Part shown: positions 36,119-48,954 of the stretch, in pieces
Position numbering within the stretch: the first letter of the stretch is position 1
How the letters are laid out: every line of letters starts with the position of its first letter
Origin: Octopus sinensis
Lineage: Eukaryota
Assembly: GCF_006345805.1 (NCBI RefSeq)
Contig: NC_043012.1
Span: 54,808,001-54,872,000, forward strand
DNA length: 64,000 nt
Reading direction: 5' to 3'
Made by a program: the position numbers and the translations under genes
The notes under the pieces: generated by a model
The model's input: only the letters and a program-made list of their open reading frames with translations
The model's database searches: none
Told to the model about the DNA's origin: nothing

Positions 36119-36510
36119 TCTCTATATGTATAAAGCTGAAGTTGTCTGTGTATGGCAGGTTTGGTGTCCTTCAACTAACACTATCTCCTCCGAGACCCTG
36201 CGGTGCAAGTTGACCAAAATTGAGAGTATGATAGAAGAAGGCTTGCTCTTCCTTCCGTAGAAGAAAAAATTCAAATTGGACCATGTTAAGATCAAAAATT
36301 ATTTACATCAAAAAGGTGCTTTTTTTCTATGAAAATCCCTATTTTTTACGATTTTTTGACTGCTGTGTCGCCATTTTTCGGTGTATTTCAACCAGAAAAA
36401 TGTTCACTTAAAGAGAATAACAAACTACATAATGCAAAATTTTTACTTTTCAAAAATTCCAATTCTAAAGGGTCGTAACAAACCCGAGCAACGCCGGGCG
36501 ATACTGCTAG
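36119..36510 (+). mobile_element. Non-autonomous Helitron (392 bp)
   Basis: A|TC 5' end, hairpin cccgagcaacgccggg about 12 nt before the CTAG|T 3' end, no TSD. Confidence 0.9.
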
Positions 36511-36685
36511 TACATGTAAAAGTAATTTGCAAATTGACAACTCATTTTGAAAGGTAAACAAAAATATTACTTGTATGTTTACAAAAGAGAAATTTGAAAC
36601 GAATTCCAGTTTTGCAATTATTTCAACATGTATTCTATAACAAATAACTTATTTTCCACAATGCTACCTTGATGAATGAACTCAC

Positions 36686-36694
36686 TACATCATG
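36686..36694 (-). other. Candidate 9-nt microexon (CATGATGTA)
   Basis: ataactgttttcctttctcaacAG|CATGATGTA|GTGAGT in repeat-free DNA. Confidence 0.35.
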
Positions 36695-37660
36695 CTGTTG
36701 AGAAAGGAAAACAGTTATCTATAATAACCGACATTCAAGCATTTACTTATTTGTTTCACTCAGGAGATAAAAGTTTATTTGTGTGTACTTCTAGTTTCAT
36801 TTTTGATTCGCTTTCCAATCCTGGAGTTGTATGTTCTTAAAGCAAAAGATCATATTTTTTTCTGAACAACCATCAATATCATGTGTGCATGTGAGAGAGG
36901 GAGAGAGAGAGAGCAAGAGGGAGAGAGAGAGAGAGAGAGAATGTGTGTTAAATTCCATAATATAAAATCAATACTGAAAATAATTTTGTTTTCATTTTTC
37001 CTGTTTTAATTTTTTTGAATACAAACTATGAAATAAAGTAAATGTATTTTTTCCCCAATAATTATGTGTATACCAAGATACACACACATAATACATACAC
37101 ACACATACGTATAATATGTGCTATTTTGATTTTTAAAAAAATTCTTAGTCTATCACACACACATACACACACCAATTCACATATTTTGTTTTGCACAGGC
37201 ACGTGTGTATGTATGTATGTATGTATGTATGTGTATGTATGTATGTGCCATTCCATTCATTATAACTCCTATAACTACCGTTATTTCCTCCTCCTCTGTC
37301 TTTATGAATCTTTCTTAGTCTTTATGTGGGGGTAGCATTACTCATTGCCTGCCACCAAGCCCAGTATGGTACACTCATTCTGCATCTCTTATGTTAACTC
37401 TCTCTCTCTCTGCTCCTCATTCTCTGCATGATGTAAAGCAACGTCTCTCAACTGGGGTTCCCTGGAACCCTAGGGTTCTGCAAAAAGTCCATAAGGGTTC
37501 CGCGAGAAAGAGTGAGATAAGCTAATGCTAATTTCATGATCGTAATATTACTATACATGCACAACATATAATTGGTTATTGTAATATTGTAATATAAACA
37601 TCATCCTATCTAACCTATTATGTTATCAAAAAAATATATCAACCATATATATATATATAT

Positions 37661-37995
37661 GAGGCTGGCACCTGTGTCGGTGGCACATAAAATCACCCAC
37701 TACACTCTCGGAGTGGTTGCCACTACACTCTAACGCCAACCACTCCGAGAGTGTAGTGGGTGATTTTATGTGCCACCGACACAGGTGCCAGCCTCGTCTG
37801 GCACCTGTGTCGGTGGCACATAAAATCACCCACTACACTCTCGGAGTGGTTGGCGTTAGGAAGGGCATCCAGCTGTAGAAACACTGCCAGATCTGACTGG
37901 CCTGGTGCAGCCTTCGGGCTTGCCAGACCCCAGTTGAACCGTCCAACCCATGCTAGCATGGAAAGCAGACGTTAAACGATGATGATGATGATGAT
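37661..37995 (+). mobile_element. 5'-truncated RTE tail with a perfect 59-bp fold-back at its 5' junction
   Basis: 37661-37719 is the reverse complement of 37737-37795; a third direct copy from about 37798 runs into the (gat)n tail. Confidence 0.9.
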
Positions 37996-38061
37996 ATATA
38001 TATGATATTTACCACTTGAACTATGATGAAAAAATGAGAAAGATATGGTATATAATTTTTT

Positions 38062-38780
38062 GGGGCTAATGCAGTTTTGCACCTCTCCTTGAAAAATGCA
38101 TTAAAAAAATTTGTTTTTTTCAGATTCCTATGTTTTAGATGTTGGTGATTACGAATATTAAAAAAAAAAATTATTATTTAAATTTTTGATTTTGTGTACT
38201 TTAAAGAGATCGTAGCGGATTAACGAACATGTGCAAATCGAAATTAAATATACCATTTTATGAGAAACAAACATTAATGTTTAATAATTAATGTTATAAA
38301 GTTTAATAAGGGGCTCAAATTTCACCCCCTCCCCTAATTTTAAATTTTGAACTTTTTCATCCATTTATTTATTTATCTGTTTGTTTATCCCTGTCCGTTT
38401 ATTCATAAAATATATCTGTCAACTAAATGTAGCAGTCCTACAGAAGAGAGTGTTACTGTTGTTTATAGCCCCAGGAAGACATTCATATCTATTTATCTCT
38501 TCACACACATATCTATATGCTTATGGAATTTAAAATTTTGAAAACGTGGCTTCTTACATATTCGGAATCTCCATCGTCGAAAACATAGGGCAAAAGAAAT
38601 TTTGGAAAAAGTCAAAATTTTAAATGGTGGTGGGGAGTTTTTTTTTTTTTTTTTTGCATATTCGTACTCTCTGACATCTAAAGCAACAAAAGATCACCGG
38701 AATGGCTATCACCAGAATCTGAAAAAATTTTTTCAAAAAAATGCATTTTCCAAGGAGAGGTACGAAACTATATTAGTCCC
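38062..38780. mobile_element. Unclassified MITE with about 65-bp TIRs starting GGG
   Basis: ggggctaatgcagttttgcacctctccttgaaaaatgcatt / aatgcattttccaaggagaggtacgaaactatattagtccc. Confidence 0.75.
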
Positions 38781-39222
38781 TATTTTTTTTTTGTGTATGC
38801 AGGGGTTCCTTGAGACATATAATTTATTTTAAGGGTTACACAATGGTAAAAAGGTTGAGAAACACTCGTGTGAAGTGTGACTGGAAAATTTTTTTGTTTT
38901 AATCAAATAGAGATTGTAATATTAACTTTTGCGGTATTTGTGGATGTTTGCGCTCTCGGAGTACGCTTGTTATTATTAAGGCAGCAAGGTCGCAGAATCG
39001 TTAGCAAGCTGGACAAAATGCTTGGCAGTATTTCACCCATTGCTCCTTTCTGAGTTCAAATTCTGCTGAGGTTGACTTTGTTTTTCATCTTTTCAGGGTC
39101 GATGAATTAAGTACCAGTTTTGTTCTGGGGTCGATGTTATCAACTCATCCCCTCCCCCAAAATTACTGCCCTTGAAACCATTATCGTTGTAGCTCTACAG
39201 ACCTATGTCATGAGATATAAAG

Positions 39223-39390
39223 ATTACCATTGTCTCTTCAGGAATTTCTCCCTAATTATCATATCTCTTCACGAGTCCCTTGTTTAGCAGTCACACAAAT
39301 TACCATGGCTCTTCACTAGGGTTCCTCATTTAGCAGTCACTAATTATTATATCTCCCTTTCAGAGTCTCTCGTTTTGCAATCACTAATTG
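39223..39390 (+). repeat. Degenerate minisatellite of about 44 bp (about 3.5 units)
   Basis: aattaccat..ctcttca....tttagcagtcac recurring. Confidence 0.6.
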
Positions 39391-39484
39391 CCTCCTATGG
39401 GATGATTTTGAAATAAACAATTAAGTATGTTATAATCTCAACTCTGACACTATTTCTTATTCTGTCTAACCTTTTCACTTCTCA

Positions 39485-39591
<107 letters not shown>

Positions 39592-39837
39592 ATTAATTCT
39601 TACTCTTTTCTGTAAAACTGCAGTTCTTTACTGAGGAGAAAATTTGGTGATTCCAGTGGGGAAATTGCTTTAAGGTTAAAAAAATTCAGCTTTATTCTCA
39701 CTGCTTTGCTAGCTTTATTTTCCTTAATGTTGATTTTATGAATGATTATTTCAAATTAATATAAGACTGTCATGAAACTGCGTGGCTTAGTGGTTAGGGT
39801 GTTGCACTCACAATTGCTAGATTGTGGATTCGATTCC

Positions 39838-40215
39838 CAGGCACAGGAGTGGCTGTGTGGTAAGTAACTTGCTTACCAACCACATGGTTCCGGGTTCATT
39901 CCCACTGCGTATCACCTTGGGCCGACCAAAGCCTTGTGAGTGGATTTGGTAGACAGAAACTGAAAGAAGCCCATCATATATATGTATATATATATGTATG
40001 TGTGTATATGTTTGTGTTATTTGTGTTTGTTCCCTCAACATCGTTTGACAACCGATGGTGGTGTGTTTATGTCCCCATAACCTAGCGGTTCAGCAAAAGA
40101 GACTGATAGAATAAGTACTAGGCTTCCAAAGAATAAGTCCTGGGGTCGATTTGCTCAACTAAAGATGGTGCTCCAGCATGGCTGCAGCCAAATGACTGCA
40201 ACACGTAAAAGAGAA
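39838..40215 (+). mobile_element. SINE family A
   Basis: Head and tail present, small internal deletion. Confidence 0.85.
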
Positions 40216-40857
40216 AAAAAGAGAGACCAGGCGGCATGTTGTGTTCTTGAGCCAAAAATTTTATTTCACGTTGTTGCAGTCCATTCAGCTGCTTATTGCT
40301 AACCCTGTGATAGAGTAGCCTTCCAATCAGCAGAACATTGATCTGCTTGCTTAGCCAGCGGATTGGCATCATTCAAAAGCCAAAACAGTGTGAAGTGTAT
40401 TGTGACTAGTGATGTATAACAGCATCTGATAATATGCTCGATCCTGTGATATCATGATAAGACTGATATGCAATAAATTGTATTGTATACGAGACTCCTT
40501 TTGTTTTTATTATTATTATTATATATGATGGAGAAACCAATTTGGTGAACTGATAAAGGTGAGAGGATACAGAAAAAAAATGGTCAACAAATAGAATTCT
40601 AGGACATTTATGTTTCCTTTTCCTTTTTGAAGAACTCCAGCCATTTATCATCATACTCTTTTATTCTTTTACTTGTTTCAGTCATTTAACTGTGGCCATG
40701 CTGGAGCACCGCCTTTAGTCGAGCAAATTGACCCCAGGACTTATTCTTTATAACCCTAGAACTTATTCTATCGGTCTTTTTTGCCGAACTGCTAAGTTAT
40801 AGCGACATAAACACACCAGCATCAGTTGTCAAGTGATGTTGGGGGGACAAACACAGG

Positions 40858-40932
<75 letters not shown>

Positions 40933-40940
40933 GTGTGTGT

Positions 40941-41230
40941 GGAGGCGCAATGGCCTAGTGGTTAGGGCAGCGGACTCGCGGTTTCGATTCCCAGACCGGG
41001 CGTTGTGAGTGTTTATTGAGTGAAAACACCTAAAAGCCCCACGAGGCTCCGGTAGGGGGTGGTGATCCTTGCTGTACTCTTTCACCACTCTTTCTCCCAC
41101 TCTTTCTTCTGTCGGCCTGCTCGCTTAGCCAGCGGGGTGGCATCATTCGAAGGCTAAAACAATGCAAACGCATTGTGACCAGCGATGTGTAACTACATCT
41201 GATGGTCTGGTCGGTCACGTGATCACGTGA
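40941..41230 (+). mobile_element. SINE family B inserted in the microsatellite of a minus-strand SINE-A
   Basis: ggaggcgcaatggcctagtggttagggc...ggtcacgtgatcacgtga, flanked by SINE-A halves (40657-40860; 41300-41395). Confidence 0.85.
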
Positions 41231-41242
41231 TATATATATATA

Positions 41243-41286
<44 letters not shown>

Positions 41287-41395
41287 TACATATATGAGAT
41301 CAGCTTCTCTCAGTTTCTGTCTACCAAATCCACTCACAAGGGTTTGGTCAGCCCGAGGCTATAGTAGAAGACACTTTCCCAAGGTGCCACGCATT

Positions 41396-41830
41396 TCATG
41401 CTAGTATGGGTTGGATGATTTGATTGAGGACTGGTGAACCAGATGGCTGCACCAGGCTCCAATCTTGATCTGGCAGAGTTTTTACAGCTGGATATCCTTC
41501 CTAACGCCAACCACTTTGAGAGTGTAGTAGGTGCATTTACGTGCCACCGGCACGAGGGCCAGTCAGGCAGTACTGGCAATGGCCACGCTCTAATGGTGCT
41601 CTTAGTGCTCCACTAGCACGGATGCCAGTCATCAAATTTGATTTCGATTTCACTTGTCTCAATGGGTCTTCGCAAGCAGAGTTTAGTGTCCAATGAAGGA
41701 AAGGTACACATAAGTGGGCTGGTTATACCCCTGGCATAGGCCACGAGGTTATGGTCTCACTTGGCTTGCTGGGTCTTCTCAAGCACAGCATATTTCCGAA
41801 AGTCTCACTCACTTGTCAAGTCTCGGTCAT
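41396..41830 (-). mobile_element. RTE 3'UTR fragment
   Basis: Homologous to about 400-620 and 1060-1200 in reverse. Confidence 0.8.
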
Positions 41831-42284
41831 ACTGTATATTATTGATTTTGAACCAATGATATAACATATTCCTTTTCAAAAGCAGTTGTGTTTTATTTGA
41901 GGGACATTTGGCTGCTATGTCTTGCAGGTTCACTAACAAACAGAAAGGCTTCTTCATTTGCTTGAAAGTGACATTTTCATTAAATAGAATTGAAATTTGA
42001 ATTCGGCTTTAAACCTTTAGCATTCAGATTTAAATCTAATCCTTGTTTATCCACATTTCTTTGAATTAATTTTACATTATCTGGTAGCTTTGAGAGTTCA
42101 ATGTTGTGATTGTTTATTTTTGAATCACATTACAGGGTAGGAGTGAATGATCAGATCTGGGCAGTTTGAACATAAAACAAGGAGAACATCTGGGCCAGAT
42201 GCGGTCAGTTTAAATATTGGTTTCAAATTTTGACACAAGGCCGGCAAGTTTGGGGAGGGGCTAAGTTGATTACACTGACCCCAC

Positions 42285-42518
42285 CCCCCCTGTGGAGTTG
42301 GAGTCAGTAAAACTATACCAACTCCGACTCACAATATCTTTATTCTTTAATATAAACCAGTTACAACATATAGGCCTATTCAAAGTACAAGCCTATGCAT
42401 ATGCCTTATGAGATATGTAGACCGTAATCACTTAATTACATAAAGAGGAGTCAGAGTCGGAGGTGCCAATAGTAGAGGAGTTGGAGTCAAAGTTTTTTGT
42501 TTCGACTCCACATCCCTG
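42285..42518. mobile_element. hAT-like MITE with GGAGTC/GACTCC subterminal repeats, inserted in a SINE-C
   Basis: Right TIR cgactccacatccctg; degenerate left end tgtggagttggagtc. Confidence 0.6.
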
Positions 42519-42842
42519 ACTGGTACTTATTTGGTCGACCCCCGAAAGGATGAAAGGCAAAGTCAGCTTTGGTAGAATTTGAACAGAGAACATAAACATG
42601 GATGAAATGTTGCTAAGCATTTTGCCCAGCATGCTAATGATTCTGCGAGCTCAACCTCTTTAGGAAATCAGATGTTGGTTTCAAGTTTTGGCACAAGACC
42701 AGCAATTTCAGGGGAGGGGTTAAGTTGATTACATTGACCCCACTGCTCAACTGGTGTTTATTTTGTCAACCTCAAAACGATGAGAGGCAAAGTCAACATC
42801 AGCGGAATTTCAGCACAAAACACGAGCATTTTGCCTGGCATA

Positions 42843-43225
42843 CTCTTTTACTTGTTTCAGTCATTTGACTGTGGCTATGCTGGAGCACCGCCTTTAGTCG
42901 AGCAAGTCGACTCTAGGACTTAATCTTTGTAAGCCTAATACTTATTCTGTCGGTCTCTTTTGCCAAACCGCTAAGTTACGGGGACGTAAACACACCAGTA
43001 TCGGTTGTCAAGCGATGTTGTGGAGACAAACATAGACACACACACACATATATATACATACATATATACGACGAGCTTCTTTCAGTTTCCGTCTACCAAA
43101 TCCACTCACAAGGCTTTGATCGGCCTGAGGCTTTAGTAGAAGACACTTGCCCAAGATGCCACACTGTGGGACTGAACTCAGAACCATGTAGTTCGTAAGC
43201 AAGCTACTTACCACACACCCACTCT
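42843..43225 (-). mobile_element. SINE family A inserted in a SINE-C
   Basis: Full tail and head; SINE-C halves on both sides. Confidence 0.85.
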
Positions 43226-43300
43226 TACGTCTATACTAACAATTCTGCCAGATCCCTGCCTTCACCAGTTGAAATATTAAAGGATTAGAGTTATACTTAC

Positions 43301-43366
43301 TGGGTAATATGCTGGCCCATTGCCCTTTGCTCTTTACTGTGGTGTTTTATATCTATTTCCAAGTAT
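43301..43366 (-). other. Candidate 66-nt exon (only the phase-2 frame is open: YLEIDIKHHSKEQRAMGQHIT)
   Basis: Donor CCA|GTAAGT; weaker acceptor attgtccAG that borders a repeat remnant. Confidence 0.25.
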
Positions 43367-44784
43367 CTGGACAATTGTAACCCTACCCTGGGTAATTATC
43401 TCTATTAGGACAGTTGGCTTCTCCTTGATGATTGCTCCCTGATAATTGCTCCAGATAAATTCCCTAATTAAGAGTAAAACTAATTAGGGTTTTATTTTCC
43501 ATGTATGCACAAATGTCAAGGCACATGGCCTAATGGTCAGGTTGTTGCACTGATGTTTGCAAGGTCATGATTTCTATTCCCAGACCAGGCAGTATGTTGT
43601 ATTCTTAACCCTTTAACATTCAAACAGGCCATATCCAGCCTAAATAATCTACCTGTATTATGTTCAGACCAGATACACCTGGCTTCTCACATGTACCATA
43701 CAATGGCAGTCTAAAATTAAACAATCACCTCATTAATATCTTAAAGTTACATTAAAATTCCGCCAAGATTGACTTTGCCTTTCATCCTTTTGGAGTCGAT
43801 AAATTAAATACCAGTTACGTACTGGTGTCGATCTAATCGACTGCCCCCCACCCCTCTCCCAAAATTTCGGATCTTGTGCCTAGAATAGAAAATAATATTT
43901 GTAACTTCTAAGGTTGCAAATTGGAGGAAACGTTAGCATGCCAAGCAAAATGCTTAGCGTTATTTCGTCTGTCTTTACATTCTGAGTTCAAATTCTGCCA
44001 AGATCGACTTTGCCTTTCATCCTTTCAGGGTTGATAAATTAAGTACCTGTTGCATACACCAACACTGGTTGTCAAATCGTGTTGGGGGACAAACACATAT
44101 ACAAACACACATACATACATATAACAGACTTCTTTCAGTTTCCATCTACCAAATCCCCTTACAAGGCTTTGGTCGGCCTGAGGCTTACAGTAGAAGATAC
44201 TTGCCCAAGGTGCCATGCAGTGGAACTGAACCTTGAACCATGTGGTTGGGAAGCAAGCTTCATTCACACACAGCCACACCTGTGCCTATGATTTGGTTAC
44301 AATAAATAAATCATTTGTGCAGGTTCTTCAACAAGGGGCTGTGGAACCCTCACCTGTCATTTACAACAAGAGGGTCCACCATAGCAAGAGGGTCCACCAT
44401 AGATGAATACAATGATTAATAATTACAATAATTAATTGTTATAGTGTCTTTGTGTATGTATCTGTCTTCCACTATTGCTTGATGACAGTGTTGGTTTGTT
44501 TACAACCCTGTAACTTAGCAGTTTGGCAAAAGAGACTGATACAATAAGTACCAGCCTTTAAAAAACATAAATCCTGGGGTCAATTTGTTCGACTAAAAGA
44601 CTGTTCAAAGGAGTGCCCCAGCATGACCGCAGTTAGATGACTGAAACAAGTAAAAGATAGAAGATGAATCCTTAGTTTTATTTGAATTTTTTGGTACCTC
44701 CTCTCATAGTTGTGCTTCTTCTTGGCTTGGTTTTGATTGGGGAAATTATGTTGGGAATAGTTGTCCTAGAACCCTATTGCTTAC

Positions 44785-44800
44785 CTTAATTCTGATATTT
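44785..44800 (-). other. Candidate 16-nt microexon (AAATATCAGAATTAAG)
   Basis: tctttttttctttcAG acceptor and AAG|GTAAGC donor; the strongest splice pair in the window. Confidence 0.5.
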
Positions 44801-46046
44801 CTGAAAGAAAAAAAGACTTCAAATATTTCATCATTATTTGTCCTATTAATAAATTACTAACTCATTAGCAGAGTTTGTTTATAATGTTACAGTGAACCAC
44901 AGAATAAAACTATTGATTTCAGCCAACACTGCATATGTAAATTAATTAAACTTCATCAAATACACTGAGTCTCATTAATTTTATACTATTATTTATGAAG
45001 CACAATCCATATCAGGTTAAGTTGTTGACCTATTGGCAATGTATTCAGGAATTCAAAGCCTTATTGTCACAGCCATTGTGCAGGGTCTTTTCTCAATACA
45101 CAGAAATTACATCATTGTCATCATGATCATGATGATGATGATGATGATGATGATCACCACCACCACTGTCATTTCACTGTCCACTTTTGCATGCTGGTTG
45201 GATGGAGTTTTCTGTTTTCTATGGCCAGATGCTCTTCCTGTTGTCAATCCTTATCTGTTTCCAAGGAAGCTAATATTTCCTCATGGCCTGGCATGTTTTT
45301 ATGGGATATTGGAAATGAATGGCATTCATTTGCAACAATTATGCAATTTCAAGACAAAAAGATACAAACTTACCCAAACGCAGGCATATACACACTGGGC
45401 TTTTTTCAGTTTCCATCACCAAATTCATTCACAAAGCTTTGATCAGCCCGTGGCTATATTAGAAGACATTTTATCCAAAGTGCCATGCATGGAAGACTGA
45501 AGCTAAAACCATGTGGTTGGGAAGCAAATTTCCTAATCAGACAACCACATTCAGAATTCGAACACACAACCTCAAGATTTTAAGCTCGACGCTCTAACCA
45601 CTGAGCCATGTGCCTTCACCAATTTAATAAAGATAAAAATATTCTACTATTTAGTTGTATTAATTCATATGACAATGAATCCCTTGAATCCAAGGAAATT
45701 AGTTAAGGTCTGTCATGGTATCCTGAGTATTATATATTATACATACACATTAACACTTTACAGTATACTTACATATATACATACATCTGTACATCAATTT
45801 AGAACAACAGGAATACTAAAGGAAGGCCGAATTTAAGAGAAGGGAAAACCAAAAGGTCTCATGTTATTCATTTAATAATTCCCGAGTAGAACTTATTATT
45901 ATTAACTCCACCTTTGAAACTATTTTGAATGGTAAATTTGTTAACTTTGGCTTGTATTAGATAAGGATAAACTATTTATTACTGTTAGTAAATTTTCTAC
46001 AGCTACCTTCACATTCCATGACCACCATTGCGATCAATCAGGTACT

Positions 46047-46390
46047 CTCTCTTTTACTCTTTTACTTGTTTCAGTCATTTTGACTGCGGCCATGCTGGAG
46101 CACCGCCTTTAATCGAGCAAATCGACCCCGGGACTTATTCTTTGTAAGCCCAGTACTTATTCTATCGGTCTCTTTTGCCGAACCGCTAAGTGACGGGGAC
46201 GTAAACACACCAGCATCGGTTGTCAAGCAATGCTAGGGGGACAAACACAGACACACAAACACACACACATACATGTATATATATACATATATACGACAGG
46301 CTTCTTTCAGTTTCCGTCTACCAAATCCACTCACAAGGCATTGGTCAGCCCGAGGCTATAGCAGAAGACACTTGCCCAAGATGCCACGGG
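46047..46390 (-). mobile_element. SINE family A (5' part replaced by HINE-like fragment)
   Basis: Near-consensus tail and body. Confidence 0.85.
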
Positions 46391-46750
46391 CAAGGATTCT
46401 GGATTATTTTGCCGTTTTTTTACTTAAATTTTGAGAGCAGTCGGGTTCATTTTTAGTATTCTTGTTTGTGAGAGCAGTTGAGTTTATTTCAGATATTCTC
46501 ATTTTTAAAAAAGTCATCTCTGGCTAATCGTTGAGAGGACGTTGGTGTTGCGTTGGCGGAGGTTTGTGCTCTTGTTGTTAATGTTTTGCTTAGTTGCAAG
46601 TCTTCCTGCAGAACGACTTAAGAAGCCAAAGATGATCAAAAAATAATAATTGAAGAAATAAAGAAGTATTTAGAAGTGATTAGAGAGAGAGAGAGAGGGG
46701 GTGGGGTGAAAGAAGAAAAAGAAAGAAGGAAAGAAATAAAGCAGCATTAA

Positions 46751-46975
46751 CTCTTTTGATGTCAACCTGCCTGATACCACCCACGATTCTATGAAACAAG
46801 TTCCCTGTTTCAAAGAGATCTAAATTAAAACCTTCCAGCAAAATCTTCAATGATTTATTTACATTCCAAACACCAACTTGATAATGGCAAAGTTATTTTA
46901 ATAAATTCTTCATTATTTTGAAAATTGATTGAAACAATAGCAGTGTATTTCAACAGAGATATGGTAATGAAAGGG
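46751..46975. mobile_element. piggyBac-type MITE with TTAA TSD (related copy at about 48141-48353)
   Basis: TTAA|ctcttttgat ... aatgaaaggg|TTAA. Confidence 0.7.
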
Positions 46976-47598
46976 TTAAAATAACTTGCATTGAAATATT
47001 GTGCTCACTAGAAATAATGAAGCAAGCAACAAAGGAATCATGGAATCACAGAATTGTTAAACAAAGGAATCACAGAATCACAGAATCCTATAGTCAAGAG
47101 CGTCCTAGCCTCAACCATCTCATCTTTTTGTATGCCAGGGAATAACTACTTTGTCCAATCTAGCCTTCTTTATTTAATACTTTTGGTGCCATATTTCTGT
47201 TGAAATAAGCTGCTGGCATGGCTATGTGGTAAGAAGCTTACTTCCGAACCATGTGGTGCTGGGTTCAGTCCCACTGTATGACACCTTGGGCAAGTTTCTT
47301 CTACTCTCGCCTCAGGCCAAGCAAAGACTTGTGAGTGGATTTGGTAGACAGAAACTGAAAGCAGCTCGTCATATGTGTATATGTGTGTGTGTGTGTGTTT
47401 TCGCCACCACCCACTCCTTGACAACCAGTGTTGGCGTATTTACATTCCTGTAACTTAGCGGTTTGGCAAAAGAGACTGATAGAATAAGTACCAGGCAGTG
47501 ATCCAGCATGGCTGCAATCAAATGACTGAAGTAAGTAAAAGAAATAAAAGATAAAAGAAAGCATTATTTAGTAGAATATTTTTTATCTTTATTAAATT

Positions 47599-47910
47599 GG
47601 TGAAGGTGCATGGCTCAGTGGTTAGAGCGTCGAGCTTACGATCTTGAGGTTGTGTGTTCGAATCCCAAACTGGGCTGCGTGTTGTGTTCTTGAGCAAGAC
47701 ACTTTATTTCACATAACTCCAGTTCACTCAGCTGTAGATATGAGTTGCAACATCACAAGTGACAAGCTGTATCTGCCTTTGCCTTTCCCTTGGATAACAC
47801 TGGTTGCCTGGAGAGGAGAGGCCAGTATGCATGGGCAACTGCTGGAATTGTGCCTGGGAGGGTAACTTTCTAGGTGCAATCCCATGGTCATTTATGACCA
47901 AAGGGGGTCT
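47599..47910 (+). mobile_element. tRNA-headed SINE family D (copies at about 52055-52535 and 60437-60732 on minus)
   Basis: ggtgaaggtgcatggctcagtggttagagcg (A box), gttcgaatccc (B box), cttgagcaagacacttt core. Confidence 0.85.
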
Positions 47911-48523
47911 TGGCATTAACTTGGTGTTTTGAACATAAAATGAAATTTCGATGGAAACCTCTAATTTAGATCATTGTAACTCTTTAGCATTCAAACAAGC
48001 CATATCTAGCCCTAAATATCTTACCTGTTTTATGTTCAAAGCAGCCTGATCCAACCTTTCACACCAACCCTACAATGTCATTCTAAAAGTAAACAATCGC
48101 GTCATTGAACTCCCACAGTTACAAGCTTATACATGAGTTAGCCTTTTGATATCAACCCGGCCAAAACCACCTCTGGCTCTCTAGTACAAATGTCTTGTTT
48201 TTCATAAGTATCGAATTAAAATCTTCCACCAATTTATGTTCCTAACACTAGCTTAATGATAACTAAGTCATTTTACTAAATTCTTTGTTATATATTTAAA
48301 ATTAATTAAAAGAAACACAGAGCCTCTCAAAAATAAATACGGTAACAAAAGGGTTTATCCCACAATAATCCTTTCTACTACAGGCACAAGGCCTGAAATT
48401 TGGGGGAGGGGGAAAGTTGATTGTATCAACCTTAGTGTTTCACTGGTACTTAATTTATTGACCCCTCCCCCCACCGAAAGGATGACCTTATATGCCAGCA
48501 GTTGTAAAAATAGTGGTGGTAGT

Positions 48524-48920
48524 GGTAGGAGTGGCTGTGTAGTAAGTAGCTTTCTTACCAACCACATGGTCCCGGGTTCAGTCCCACTGCATGGCACCTT
48601 GGGCAAGTGTCTTCTACTATAGCCTCGGGCCGACCAAAGCCTTGTGAGTGGATTTGGTAGATGGAAACTGAAAGAATCCTGTTGTATGTATATATATATA
48701 TATATATATATGTATGTTTGTGTTATTTGTGTTTGTCCCCCCAATATCGCTTGACAGCTGATGCTGGTGTGTTTACATCCCCATAACTTAGCAGTTCAGC
48801 AAAAGAGACCAATAGAATAAGTACTAGGCTTCCAAAGAATAAGTCCTGGGGCCGATTTGCTCAACTAAAGGCGGTGCTCCAGCATGGCCACAGTCAAATG
48901 ACTGAAACAAGTAAAAGAGT
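48524..48920 (+). mobile_element. SINE family A
   Basis: Full length. Confidence 0.9.
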
Positions 48921-48954
48921 GGTGGCTGTGCCGACTGTAGTGGTTATTATTATC

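Larger units (their letters stand above)
37439..38867. mobile_element. hAT (Charlie-like) non-autonomous element with two nested inserts
   Basis: TIRs caacgtctctcaact / ggttgagaaacactc; subterminal ggggttcc repeats; degenerate TSD atgtaaag / gtgtgaag. Confidence 0.7.

Noticed and set aside
40941-41010. Functional tRNA genes at SINE heads (also 11520-11592, 47599-47670)
   Set aside because: A and B boxes are present but continue into SINE bodies; no intact cloverleaf or terminator was evident.
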